DNA from: Callorhinchus milii
Taxonomy: Eukaryota
Direction of reading: 5' to 3'
NCBI RefSeq assembly: GCF_018977255.1
Contig: NW_024704772.1
Coordinates: 1,302,001 to 1,366,000 of the forward strand
DNA length: 64,000 nucleotides
The notes beneath the pieces were generated by a model, which saw only the letters and a program-made list of their open reading frames with translations, had not been told where the DNA came from and did not search any database. The translations under genes were made by a program, and so were the position numbers. This document shows, one piece after another, positions 27,750 to 40,126 of this stretch. Each line of letters begins with the position of its first letter. Position 1 is the stretch's first letter.

Positions 27750-29150
27750 CGGGCTTCAGGGAGTACAACGAGAGGCGGAGGGAGGAGATGGAGGGAGGGG
27801 AGGGAGGGAGGGAGGAGGGTAAAGCCGTCACAGGGAGTGGGCGGGCGGGGAAGGAGGCGGCAAAGATGGGGGAAGGAGGGAGGGAGGGAAGAGGGAGAGC
27901 GCGCGGGCGGCACGACGCCGGGAGACTGACTTGTTAGTTTCGTTTTTTTTTAAAAAATTAAAATTAATTGTAATTATTCATAAAAAAAATATTTTTTTCT
28001 TCATTATTTCACCACAAAAACAAAAAGGACTTTTAACCACTCTCCATCCCCGGAGGGAGAGGGGGAGAGAGAGGGGGGGAAACAAACCCGACAAAAGAGC
28101 AGCAACTACACCCACATCGCCCCCCCCACCCCCAGCACCGTGAGGGGGAGCTTCACCGACTGCCTCACGGCGAGGGTGAGGGGGGGGGGGGGGGGAAGTT
28201 TTCCCTCAAGGAAAAGAAAATGGAGGCGGAGAAGGAATGGCTGTAAATATACCGCGCGCGCGTGTGCGTGTGTGTATGTGCTATATATTCAGTGTTATCA
28301 GAGGCTCTCAGCGCGGCTGTGAGGGGGGATTTTTTTTTTGAGGAGGGGGTCGGTCTCGCCATCGGGCAGTAGTTAGTTGGCAGCTTTCTGGGCTCTCGCT
28401 GTCGCGCGCATGCGTTTGCCTCCCGCCCCGGGGGTCGGCCTCGGGAAGCTTCGCTCGGCAGCACGAGCCCAACCGTCGCCTCGCGCCTCGTCCCCAGGGA
28501 CGCGGAAAGCGGCAGGTGCGCATGCGCCCGCGCGCCTCCGAGGCACGATCGGGCCGGGCGGGGGAGCACGTGACGCGGACTCGGGTAGCTCTCGGCTGCG
28601 TGCCTTTCCGAGCAGCTTTTCGGCAAAGATCGGAAGCGTTCGGCTACTCGGCTCCCTTGACCAGCTCTGGACAAAGGACGGGGGGGCGGGAGCGAGGAGA
28701 GAGAGACAGCGCGAGGGAGAGAGGGCACCAACGGGCGGACTGGCAACACCGCGAAGTGTTTTACCTGAAAGAGAATTTTGTTTGCGGGACATCAACAGCC
28801 GGCGGTTTCTCTCCAGGTCCCGCAAAACTCGGGAAAAGTCGGCTGCCAGTGACGGGACGTGCGGACATGCCGTGGGGTTGCTGTGGTAACCGAAGACGCC
28901 ATCGCCGGACAGCGTCCCCGCGCCCCACAGCGACCCCCATCGGCACTAGACCGCACTGCACTGAGGAGCCTGTTTTCCAGACACTGGATGGGATGTAACC
29001 AACATCAGAGGTTTTTCCAAAGCTCTTCGCTGCAATTACTCTCCCGTGAGGTGACGATGAACGGTATATTGCACGGAAAGGCGCCCCCTCTCCCCCCCCA
29101 AGCCCCCCAGGCAGAGAATAATCCATCCAGCTCGCGATCACAAACACACT
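27750..29150. promoter_or_regulatory. CpG-island promoter / 5' region of the minus-strand gene
   Basis: CpG-dense; NRF1 motif TGCGCATGCGC (28517-28527); E-box CACGTGAC (28567-28574); GC boxes. Confidence 0.7.
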
Positions 29151-30771
29151 GCACACAGTTACTACACTTTGCAGAAAACTCCAAGCAGCTCAGTTCTAAT
29201 TTCCAGTTGAGTCATTGAATATTTAACATTCACCGTAACAGTAAGGCATGACCCTGATTTAACATCTTACTAAAAGGGCCGCACCACTGACAATACAGTG
29301 GTCATGTAACACTATACTAGAGTGAGCCTAGACTGGGAGCTCAGACTGTAATCATTCAACACTTAACAATTTAACAATACACTCGCAATCCAGTCAGCAG
29401 ACTACAGTAATATTTTTAATTATATCATGGAAGGCTGCTTCTACAAAGACAGGGCATGCAAATCCCAGAGTCTGGTTGCTAAGGCAGTCTTGTTGTTGAG
29501 AGACATTTGTCAATAAGCTTCCAGTCTTATTATTTGCCTTCAGATGTTGTGGAATTGAGGATCTTTCATCTACTTAAGACCCATTGACAAAACATTAACT
29601 TTGAGAAAACAGGATGGTCTGGTGATTTCTTTTATCAACAAAATCAAGCGTCTCAACAAAGAACCCAGCTTTGTTTACTCCGTGTAAATTGCTGCATCAG
29701 AATGCATGTTGTAATTTGCAACCATGGGCACGCATTGGGCACTAACACCTACTGATTATATCTCAACACACTTCATTTAATAATAATTTGGTCACTCAAT
29801 CCACGACTGTTTGTGGAATACTGCTGTGCAAAATTGGCTGCTGAATTTTGCTCATAAAGTACACACTGTACAGTATATTATGTGAAGCGCTTTGAGACGT
29901 CTTGATGATGTGATAAGGCACCATATCAAATGCAAGAATTATTATTCTTTAAAAACAAACAGTATATATCACTACATCTCATAAGGAAAAGAGCCCGCAT
30001 TCCTGCTCTGCCCACTCTGGAATCAGAGATTGGGTCTTCTGCAGCAAGTCACTTCTGCTGCCAGAGGAAAAAGGCGCTGTAACGTTCAGGAATCAGGCAG
30101 CCTTGTATTGGTAGCTTCACGATACACACTCTCCCCTCCTCCTCGCTCACTGCAACCTCATTAACATTTGCAGAACCTGGGCAAAAAAATGCCGGAGAGC
30201 CGACATTCCGGTACGGCTCCATCCTCCACTACCATTACCTCAGTATTGGGAGGAAAATCCCGAACGGGTCCCGCACATTCCTTGTGCACCACATGTTTTC
30301 TACCTGCGGGCAAAACAGTCTGCATTAAAAAGAAATAAGAATGGTTACACAGCTCGTCCACAAGAGGGTGCAGAAAATCCACATTGCACTGAAGCAACAG
30401 CCTCTACCGTGAACTCAAAATACTGCTGTCGGCACTTGAACCCACGACTTTTTGACTCGGAGGCGAGAGCCCTACCCACTGGCCAGACTGACATTAACAC
30501 AGATATAAATAGCTGCGTGTAATCGCTCAATAATGAAAACGTTGGATGGATAACTTTCGAATAAAAACAATCATAGAATCTGACAGCGTTGTGCCAAGAT
30601 TCCAAGGCTGTCATGTTCGTGGCCCAGTCGGGAACAGAGTCAAGTAAGCTTTCAAGTTTCTCCCTTTCCGCCACATTTCAGCATGAGGGAATTTCACTGG
30701 CAGAGAGAAAACTGAAGGAAGGAAATACTCTTCCACCAACCATATTCCCAGAGTTCAGTAAAAGTTTGATA

Positions 30772-30777
30772 TTTATT
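30772..30777 (-). terminator. Candidate polyadenylation signal of THAP7-like
   Basis: AATAAA on the minus strand about 460 nt downstream of the stop codon. Confidence 0.5.
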
Positions 30778-31234
30778 TAAACCAGTGATAATGTACAAGT
30801 CGATCAAAATTAAAATGCAAGCTTAGTCAGGTGCTAGCAACGTATACAGGTATATTTTCTCTATATCTGGTAAGCTATGTTCTCTCTGTGTATGCCCTCC
30901 CCCTCCTATGGCAAGTATAACTGTGCAGCCGAATATCCCATTATTGTTACTCAGAAACCACCTGCTTGAAGATGCTCTGTCTCCGTGAAGCACTTTGAAT
31001 TGCGTGCAATGTGTTGTTGAGGCGACAGTTGAGCGTTCCTCCTCACCGAGGGAGGCAAAAATCAGGGGGAGCGTCATGGGAAGATCCCTGGAGCGGGACG
31101 AGGAGGGTAACTCTGTAGCCCGCTGTTCGGTGCTGAAATACACCAGCGTTCTGCACAGTTCCCCCTCTTCACTGTACCTTTTCTCAGGAAAGGCTGACCT
31201 GGCTGAGCAGCAGCACACGACTGACCGCCTCTGA

Positions 31235-33535
31235 CTAAAGCTCCACACACTCGCCCAATACTTGAATTTCAAACACTTCCATCGAGTGCTCCAACTGCAT
31301 CGGCAAAGTGGATTCGAGGGGCCTGTCGCAGGGACCCTTCCCCCGCAACCTCACCAGCGAGGCGATCCGAGCCCGTAGACGGTTCTCACGCTTCTTACAG
31401 GCTCTCAACTCTTTACTGGCTTTGTCAAAGGCCTCCTTCAGAGCCTCTGCTCTCTTCTTCCAGTACAGAGGACAGTCCACAGTGTAGCTGTGTTCCATGG
31501 GGATGTAGGCTGCAGGCAGAGGAGGGGCGCTAGGGATCCGAGCCATATAGAAGGCAAAAGGAATGGGAGTCCTGTCCTCCTCCACCTGTAAATGTTCAGC
31601 TTCAGTGGAGGGTTCAGTCAAGTGGTCAGGTTGAAGAGAAGAGCCATCATTGGCGACTTCCTCTGTAAGCGTGGACTGACTGATCTGAGCTTCGTACTCC
31701 ACTGCCTCAGTGGAGTACACCACATCCGAGCCCAAAGCCTCCAGCTCAATCACACAAGGGGAGGCAGGCACTTCGGTTACTGGTACTTCAGCCACTATTT
31801 CACACGAGGAGATTGGTTCGACAACACTCTCATTACAAGTGTTGACCTCAGCAAGAGATGCTCTGGATTCGAAAATGGAAGTGCATGCAGAGATCTCAAT
31901 GGCCGGCAGCAGGGTGTCGTCATTGGTCACCAGGACTGTAGCTTCTTCGTATGTCTCAAGGGGTATAGAGGTCTCAACGGCGAGGCTGACGGAAAGGGTG
32001 AAAGACAATTATAGATCAGATCGAAAACCCGAAGCTCTCAAAAACCGACGCTCTCCAACGCGGTCTAGAGTTAAACCAAACACTGCTTTTTCTAGCCAGG
32101 TTCCAGTGTAAAGTGCTTCGAGCCATTATCCTACATGAAAGGAATTACACAGTACAGCAAGTTAGCTGAGGTGACATTCCGTCTCTGTGAAGCGCTTTGA
32201 GATGTGTGGGGTGGTGCTAGCAAAAATCTGGGTGCAGGGGTCAGGGGGGGAACTCCCTGAGAGTGGGACGAGAAGGGAAAACCCACTGCTCGATGCTGCA
32301 ATACATCAGCGTTCTGCACAGTTTCAAGTTGAGGTCTGCGCTATGTTGAGAGACTACATCCGGTTTCCTCACCATTTTGCAATGTCCACAATTGCTGTTG
32401 CCTTTTGTCTCTTTGTTGCCTTCACCCCGATCTTCCACCGAGTGGAAGGTTCGAATATGGTTGGCAGAGCATCATCTTTCAGTCGGTGATATCCACTGGG
32501 AGAGGGAACACAATAAGGGATGAAGCTCGTATAGGCGTGTGCCGTTGCTTGGCTCAATGAGGCTCAGTCGGTAGCACTGTCACCCCTGAGTCAGAAAGTT
32601 GCGGAGTTCAAATTCCCATGTTGGGACTTTGAACTCAACAGTCCAGACTTAAATTGCACTATAGTGGTGGGAGCACAGATGAAAAAAGATTGGTCGTGGC
32701 TGTTTATGGGACATCACTGTGAACAAATTGCCCGCAGGTGGTCACACGGTTGCTTGGACTCAGCACCTTTGGGAGAGTACAGCAAAAAATAACTGCCTCA
32801 GTCTGTGAACACAGCACAAGCGTTAAAACTTTTTTTNGAATTCAGCATTGAAGCTCAGACAGGAGTACCACCTGTGTGAAACCCCCCCGACAGCTACCAT
32901 TCAGCTGTCGGGGGGTTTGGGGAGGAGACAATGGTCTGAAATAGGTTGAGAATTACCTGACTCCCACGAGCTCGAAGCTGTTCCTCTCAAAGTGCTTTGA
33001 ACAGAAGTAAATAAACTGTGAAGTGGGATCCCAGGGTCCGGTGCCCGACGCGTTTGTACGGCAGCAGTTTTCGAGCCAGAACAACCGACGAGGGCTCCCT
33101 TTCTTTGGCAGCCTGCAAACAAAAAGACAAGAGGGATCAGAAGATTCCTGCTCACCAATGAGGCCAACTCCTTTCAATTAACTCAGCACCAACTAGTGCA
33201 GGAACACGAGAGACGCAACCAGGGATGGTTTGCTGAGGGAAGGGTGAAGGCAGAGCAAAATTGATTTTGTATCTGATCTGGGAGCGGTTGATTTAATGAC
33301 AGGTGCACGTTTTCTTGGTCTGAACATCATTGGAAGCTGGGACAGTGAATAAAGGCAGGCCAGGCTGAGTGACTGCTGGGCAAAACAGGTAAGCCCACGG
33401 ATTCTTCCTGCATGAACGGTCGTTCGGCGTTTCCCAATCCACGTCTATTGTGTACCTGTGAAATGTTATCCCAGTCTTCCGGGATTCCCGCGTGTCCCTG
33501 GACCTGCAGCCCTGCACCGAGCAGTGGCGCGGCAT
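31235..33535 (-). CDS. THAP7: THAP domain-containing protein 7-like, 369 aa
   Basis: Exons (minus) 33456-33535, 32957-33112, 32373-32495, 31235-31985; all GT-AG and phase-compatible, 1110 nt. THAP finger [10 protein letters not shown]...FHRLPKK...W...FCSKHF...[14 protein letters not shown]; HCF-binding EHSY; coiled coil WKKRAEAL...[13 protein letters not shown]. Confidence 0.88.
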
Positions 33536-34319
33536 TCTGAGGAGACCGCTCCGATCTGTAACTGAGAAGAAAGTTCAAGCTGGACACTGTCTAGGATTGT
33601 GGCCGTCATTCGTTTAGCTCCACCTCCAAATCGAGGACTGAATTCTCGCCGTCCCACTGGTGAAGAAGAAAACAACAACTTGCGTTTATATACTGTCCTT
33701 TACGCAGGGTAGCGTCCCGGAGCCTACACAGAGAAGATCTGCGAAAACATAACCAGAGATCAAGCAACTGATCCCCTGCTCGTTTATGTGGACATGGGTT
33801 GAAGATGGAATTGGCTCTCCCAGCGTCCTAACTGACAACACAACCACGTTAAAGAAAGTTGCTCGATCACGTCAGGGCCGTTGGCCAGGAACGTCAACGT
33901 GCACAAGCCGACTGCGGCACCTGCCCGACAGTCACTACACTTCACAGTGAAACGCTTCTCGGCGGCATAGCGCCGCGTGAAGCGATAAAGGATCAGCAAC
34001 GATGCATCCGACAATCCCACAGTCTCTCACACTGGGGGGGGGTCAAGAACTCGCCTCTGACTCCATTGGAGACCAAAATACCGCCACCCCCCCATCATCA
34101 TCATCATCACTGATGGCCTCAGATGGCCCTCATTAGCTGCAGTACCGGATACAGTTAGCCCTCCAGACATTCTTCAACGCCTCCCCCCCCCCCACACACC
34201 CACACACACACCCCCTCCCCTCTACACGTTCTCTGCTGCACGGACTCCCCCAACACCTTCCTCACACACAACCCCCTTCCTCCCCCTTTTTCCTTTGACT
34301 CACTTGGCTCCCAGCTCGA

Positions 34320-35230
34320 CCTCACCAAAATGGCGCCCGCAGCGGCTCCGCTCCGCACCGCGCCCGTGCCCCAGCGGGGAAAGCCCCTCTGTCACCCATG
34401 ATGCGCCGCGGCGTCGGCGGCGGCGCCTCTTCAGCCCCGGGCGGCGCTGCACAAACCACCCGCCCCCTCCCTCGCTCGCTCGCCGCGGCGCGGCCCAATG
34501 CGCGGCTGGACACGGACTCCGAAATAGCTCCTTCCCTCCTTTTAGGTCAGTTCGTCTCCGGGGGGTAGCGCGGCGGTTGAGGGTGGAACAGAGGGAAAGG
34601 CCCGCGGGCCGCTTCGGGAGCATGCGCAGACTGGCTGGCGGTCAGGAGAGGGAGGGAGGGAGGGAGGGGGAGATGAAAAAGGCCCGCGGGCCGCTTCGGG
34701 AGCATGCGCAGACTGGCTGGCGGTTGGCTGGTGGGGGGGGGGTAGAGAGGAACAGGCCCGCGGGCCGCTTCGGGAGCATGCGCAGACTGGCTGGCGGTTG
34801 GCTGCCGGTGTGTGGGGGGGGGAGAGAGGAAAAGGCCCGCGGGCCGCTTCGGGAGCGCGCGCAGAGCGAGCGGGCGGGCGGGCGGGAGGGAGGGAGGGAG
34901 GCGCGCGCTGGCGGCTTGGCGCCAGACGCACGGCCGCTCGCGCCCGCCGGGCGCTCCGCCCTGTGAGGTGGGACGTGAGTGACAACGTCAAGACGCTCCC
35001 CGACGCGGGTCAGCCCCGCGCCCCCTCCCCCCCCCTCCCCCCCCCCCAAAAAAAAAGGCTGAGAGGTTGTTGCTCCCGAGGAGACGAGGTTAGTTAGTGC
35101 GGCTCCTGCCCCCCCCCCCCCCCTCCGCCCCCCCCCCAGAGGCCGTGCGAGAGGCCGGGGCTTCGCGAGGCGGCACTGCCGAGGCCTCGGGAGGCGGGGG
35201 GGGGGTATCAAGGGCCGCCGTTGGGTTCAC
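34320..35230. promoter_or_regulatory. CpG-island bidirectional promoter of THAP7-like (-) and ZBTB45 (+)
   Basis: Minus-strand non-coding exon donors at 34325 (ttttg|gtgag) and 34303; YY1-like AAAATGGCG at 34327-34335; CCAAT at 34495-34499; plus-strand donor gag|gttagt at 35089; four NRF1-like modules at 34599-34866. Confidence 0.75.
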
Positions 35231-35261
35231 GGCGACTCCTTCAGGCGGACCCTCTCACCCA

Positions 35262-35715
35262 CCTCAGGGATCAGGACCCCACCCCCTCCTGGGATTAGGG
35301 CTCACCCACAACCCCTGAGGGTGGGAGGGGGTCAGGAATCACCCCCACCTCCTGGGGTCAGGGCTCACACCCCTCTACCCCTGGGATTAGGGCTCAACCC
35401 TTCTCCCCCCCCCCCCCACCACCCCAGGGATCAGGGCTCACCCCCACCTCCACCCCCTGGGGGTCAGGAATCACCCCCACCTCCTGGGGTCAGGGCTCAA
35501 CCCTCCCCCCACCACACACACCCCAGGGGTCAGGGCTCAACCCTCCCCCCCCCCCACCACCCCAGGGATCAGGGCTCACCCCCACCTCCACTCCCTGGGG
35601 GTCAGGAATCACCCCCACCTCCTGGGGTCAGGGCTCAACCCCCCCCCCCCACACCCCAGGGGTCAGGGCTCAACTCCCCCCCCCCCCCCACCACCCCAGG
35701 GATCAGGGCCCTCCC
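35262..35715. repeat. C-rich minisatellite (ggggtcagggctcaccc-type units, ~130-bp higher-order repeat)
   Basis: ggggtcaggaatcacccccacctcctggggtcagggctca recurs at about 35328, 35460 and 35597. Confidence 0.85.
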
Positions 35716-36147
35716 AAACACCCACACACTGATTTTCTTGGTAGAACGCCTTTCACATCAGGAGGATGTCTCGGAACCCTTCGCAGGATTTACTGTAAAG
35801 TGTAATGACTCAGTGTTGTGAGGGTGAACCTCGTACTCTTTTTTTCCCCCCTCACCCCTCCTCCCGCTTTCTAACTTACACTGTGCGACTTACACTGCTT
35901 GAGCTGTGGCGCTGAGGGTGGGTTAATGTTTTGCCTTTGACGCTGTGTATATAGAATAACACACACACACACGGCGCGGCAAACCAAAACAAGCCTGGCT
36001 TCTTCTACAGTGCTTACACGGCACGCATTCTGAACGATACTGGGACTGGCGCATCAGGTCGTAAGTAACCTGCTTGTGTTCAAATCCCCTTCCCCCCCCC
36101 CCTCCCCGTTTTCAGGTGCGGCCACCCGGAGAGGAGGAAGGAGCACG

Positions 36148-39100
36148 ATGTCCGAGCAACTTCACAGCATCAACTTGCAGAATTTCAGCAAGTCGCTGCT
36201 GGAGACGCTCAACGCCCAGCGGCTGGGGGGACACTTCTGCGACGTGACGGTGCGGATCCACAGCACGGCGCTGCGTGCCCACCGCTGCGTCCTGGCAGCT
36301 GCCAGCCCCTTCTTCCACGACAAGCTCCTGCTGGGCTACAGCGAGATCGAGGTGCCGCCACTGGTGTCGGCGCAGACCTTGCGGCGCCTGGTGGACTTCA
36401 TGTACAGCGGCTCGCTCATGGTGTCCCATGTGGAGGCACTGCAGATCCTGACGGCGGCCAGCGTGCTCCAGATCAAGACCATCATCGACGAGTGCACCAG
36501 GATCATCTCTCAGAACGCCGCGCAGAAGAACCAGGGTCAGCTCCTCCAGCCGTTGGCCAACCAGAAGTTCGACCTCTCGGACGACAGGGAGGCCAATATC
36601 TGCCAGACCGTCAGCGAGCAGTTGCACAAGCTTCCTTTCGGGTTAATCGAGGCCGCGTTGTCGCCCCACACGGCCGAAAAAGAGATCGATTTTACCCGTG
36701 GGACAGCCAAGAATCTGCCTGGTGGTGAGCTTGCCTATAAAGCAGAGGACATGAGCCCTTCCCTGTGCAGGCAGCCTGGGCATAACAAGGCAGCTGGAGA
36801 TCATCCTGACCAAGAGAGTGTGGGTCTGATGGAGGGGGGCCGGGGCGGGGACAGCCGGCCCCTATGGTACAACGTCGCTGCCAATCAACGGGGTGAGACT
36901 TCACTCTACGGGCAGGGCGGGCACAGCAGAAAGCAGCGACAGCCAATCCGCCTGCTGATGTCGGATGGCAGTCAAGTGACCATCAAGGAGGAGGACGATG
37001 ACCTTCTATACTGTGGGGAGAGTGCCGCCGTGGCCCCGGCTTCCGATCAGCCCAACGAGCCAGTCGAGCATGAGGAGAGAGCCGAGGAAATGCCCGAGAC
37101 CAGCACCTTCGACCCCAGCCAGAGCACAGGGGGGGAGAGGAGGGACTCTGGGGGTGCCCTGACATTGAGCAGCCGAGGAGAGGAGATGGAGTTTTTCAAT
37201 GCCAGCGATCTCCTGCCGGAGGAACTCAAGTCTTTCTGGCAGGGCACCGACAAAGAGGACAAAGACCCTTCGTTACAGCACAACCGTAAAGTGGACGCCA
37301 AGTTGCACATGGATACCTTTTCCCGGCCGTCGACATTTATGCAGGACTTTCTCCCCACGCCTGCTCTCCATCCTGGAGGGCCAGCCAGCCAGCGCCCCCA
37401 CGGCTGCTCCCTGCAGTACGATCTCCAGGCTGATGCTGGGGCCCCAGGCCTCTCTGGCAACCGTAACCTGTTCCAGATGAGTGTGCCACACTCCCCCCAC
37501 AGCGTGCACCTGCCAGCCTTGCCCTCCACCTCGCAGAGTTGCGTCTCCAGCCTCCCGGCTCAGGGGCAGCCCCAGAACCCGCAGGCATTCCAGGACCAGG
37601 CAGGGTCAGGCCCTCCTCAGCCCGGCCAGGGTCCCAACGAGGCTGAGCGTAAGCCCTACGGATGCGCCCAGTGTGGGAAGACATTCAGCTCCAGACAGAA
37701 TTACGCGAAGCACATGTTCGTCCACACTGGTAGGTCAAGGGAGACTTTCTTTTTCCTTTCTTTTTTTGGGGTCAGCCAGAAACCCGTCATGGTGCCTTGT
37801 AAGCGAGGGTACCTGAGTTTGATTCCAGGGTGAAACCTTAGACAGTTTTTCTTACTTCACAGACCCCTGTTTACCTTGCAGTAACTAGGAACCCTGCCGT
37901 CAATTGGGGGATCACTTTCTGGGGGTAATAATCCCTTCCCCGAAATAAATTTTGTCATTCAATCCACGACTGTTTGTGGCACACTGCTGTTTATTTTGCC
38001 CACAAAATACACAGTCACTACACTTTACAATATACTCTGTGAAGCACTTTGAGCTGTCAAATGCAAGGATTATTGTTTATATAAGAGTATCCAAATCAAA
38101 CTGAGAATTCCATGCGTCCCACTTACACGTGGAAATCCCAGAGATAGATTGTTGGAATGGAATAAGCGCTGTCTCTCTGGGGAGACACATCCTGCTTACC
38201 TAATTCCGAAAAGAATTAAGCCCAAGTTAGCAAAAACTAAGTTTGGGGGCTCCAGATTGTGCATTGGGGCACCAGCTTATCGAGCTAAAACCACATAGTT
38301 TGCCCATTGAGAGCACTGTCTGGTAAGCTTTCCTGCTGCTTGTCCAGCTAGGACCACCCTACGGGTTAGGGCTTTGGCTTGCAGGGCTATTTTTTTCTTG
38401 GTCAGACGCTTCGCTGTAAGTACTGTGCAGTGTGTTTGTAGGTGAACACGGCAACTGGTTTGCGCACAGACAAACACATCTCCGCAAAAGCTCCCTTCAG
38501 TAGAGCATTCCATCTGAGGTGGGGGACGTTGCTGCTGCCGGTCAGTGTCTAGTGACCACTGTCAGGAGGTGATCTCAGGACGCAATCAGTTTGAGCTGCC
38601 GACGCTCACTGATTGACGAGTCTCCCTCGCGAATAAGCTCACGGGCCAGGTACCAGAGGGTGACTGGCACCTGTGGAAGCTCACGCCAGCAGAATGTGGG
38701 AATGTGTTCAGGAGAGAAGAAAATCTGATGAAGAGAGAAAAAACAGCTCTTTGTTCTCTGTCTCTCTCTCCTGGCACGGCAACACAGGCCTTTAATATCC
38801 AGCAGAGCTGGCTGTGTGGCTGTCTTTGTTTTGTCAGAGCCAGTGTCAAAGATAACCGGGTCCAATGCTGCTTAATGTAGCTCATACAGTACAAGGTTAC
38901 AGGATATGAAACATTTACAATTTATAATTTAGTAAAAGCAATTGGATCCCCCTCTCTCTCTCTCTCTCTCTCTCTCTAAGTCCCCTCTGTTTGTTCCTCT
39001 CGGTGTCTGAGCCCTGACCGGCCGTTAGCATTTGTTTTCACAGAAAACATCTTTTGCAGGGTTTTGTTTCCCAGAAAACATGTTTTTTCAGAGCAGGAAA

Positions 39101-40055
39101 GAACACACAGTACTCCCGCTCGGTTTATTGGCTGAGATTTCCTTTGCCTCGGGTCTGGCGAGGAAGCTGGCCAGTTCCTTCTCTGTCGTAACGGTCGCAT
39201 CCAGAATATTTTACTTAATTCCAAAAAGGAGCCTTTGGGATATCTGCCTGGGAACTATCGTCGGGGCCTGGGGAGCCCCAGAAATCTTCTGTTTTGTCAA
39301 CGTTACAGGATGTTTATGTCTTAAATTTTCAATCTCTCACCAAACACTCTTATCTTCTCTCTTACCCCCCCCCCCCCTTCCCCACCTTCAAAGATAACGT
39401 CAAAATGTTTCAAAGTGCTTCACAGGCAATTGCTGTCACTCACTAGTTCTTGGAGGTGAATGCAGTTGTACCCATCTCAAGAACCCCCTCTTCGACCATG
39501 CCTTCGGTCACCTACCCTCCCCGCCCTCCACCCCTCCTGATCCCAACCACCAGCTTGGGTGCGGATCGCTGAACGCCCAGTGCTTTGGGACTTCCTCCTG
39601 ATGTGAAAGGCGCTGTGTAAATGTCATTTGTTGTCATTGCCCTGAGACGCTGCCACGCCTGAAGGGCGCTGTATAAATTCAAGGTGTTGTTGTAAGGAAA
39701 CGATTGCTGTGCTCTGATTCCTGTTGGTTTTCTCTTTTCTTCCCCCCACCACCACCACCCTCTCCTGATTCCCACCCACCTCAACTCCCCCTCCGCAGGT
39801 GAGAAACCCCATCAGTGCAGTGTGTGTTGGCGTTCGTTCTCGCTGAGGGACTACTTGATAAAGCACATGGTCACGCACACGGGGGTGCGGGCGTATCAGT
39901 GCCCCGTGTGCAACAAACGCTTCACGCAGAAGAGTTCCCTTAACGTACACATGCGGCTGCACCGCGGGGAGAAGGCCTTCGAGTGTCACGTCTGCAACAA
40001 GCGCTTTTCCCACAAGACTCTGCTGGAGAGGCACATGGCCACGCACATCATTTAA
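36148..40055 (+). CDS. ZBTB45: Zinc finger and BTB domain-containing protein 45, 612 aa
   Basis: Exons 36148-37729 (acceptor at 36115/6, donor G|gtagg) and 39799-40055; 1839 nt. [31 protein letters not shown]; four C2H2 fingers including [11 protein letters not shown] and [12 protein letters not shown]; stop directly after finger 4 as in ZBTB45, whereas ZBTB20 has five fingers. Confidence 0.88.
37815..38075 (+). mobile_element. 5'-truncated tRNA/CORE SINE
   Basis: Matches the body and tail of the 40127 copy. Confidence 0.7.
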
Positions 40056-40126
40056 CTTTGGCTAGGCCAAGCCAAGCCACGCCAAGCCCACCCGGGAGAA
40101 ATCAGAGACACCCATTCAAGCAACCT

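Noticed and set aside
28237-28251. 15-mer ATGGCTGTAAATATA shared with the ZBTB45 3' region (~41008)
   Set aside because: Single short match in different contexts; probably chance.
27564-29218. Many overlapping ORFs in CpG islands (also 34155-35821 and 45270-46069)
   Set aside because: Stop-poor GC-rich sequence with no recognisable domains, apart from the exons called above.
34599-34866. Repeat-spacer pattern superficially like a CRISPR array
   Set aside because: Eukaryotic promoter, spacers are related G-rich sequence, and there are no cas genes.
36112-37684. Antisense ORFs over ZBTB45 (and over the THAP7-like and sacsin-like exons)
   Set aside because: Shadow ORFs of GC3-rich coding sequence.
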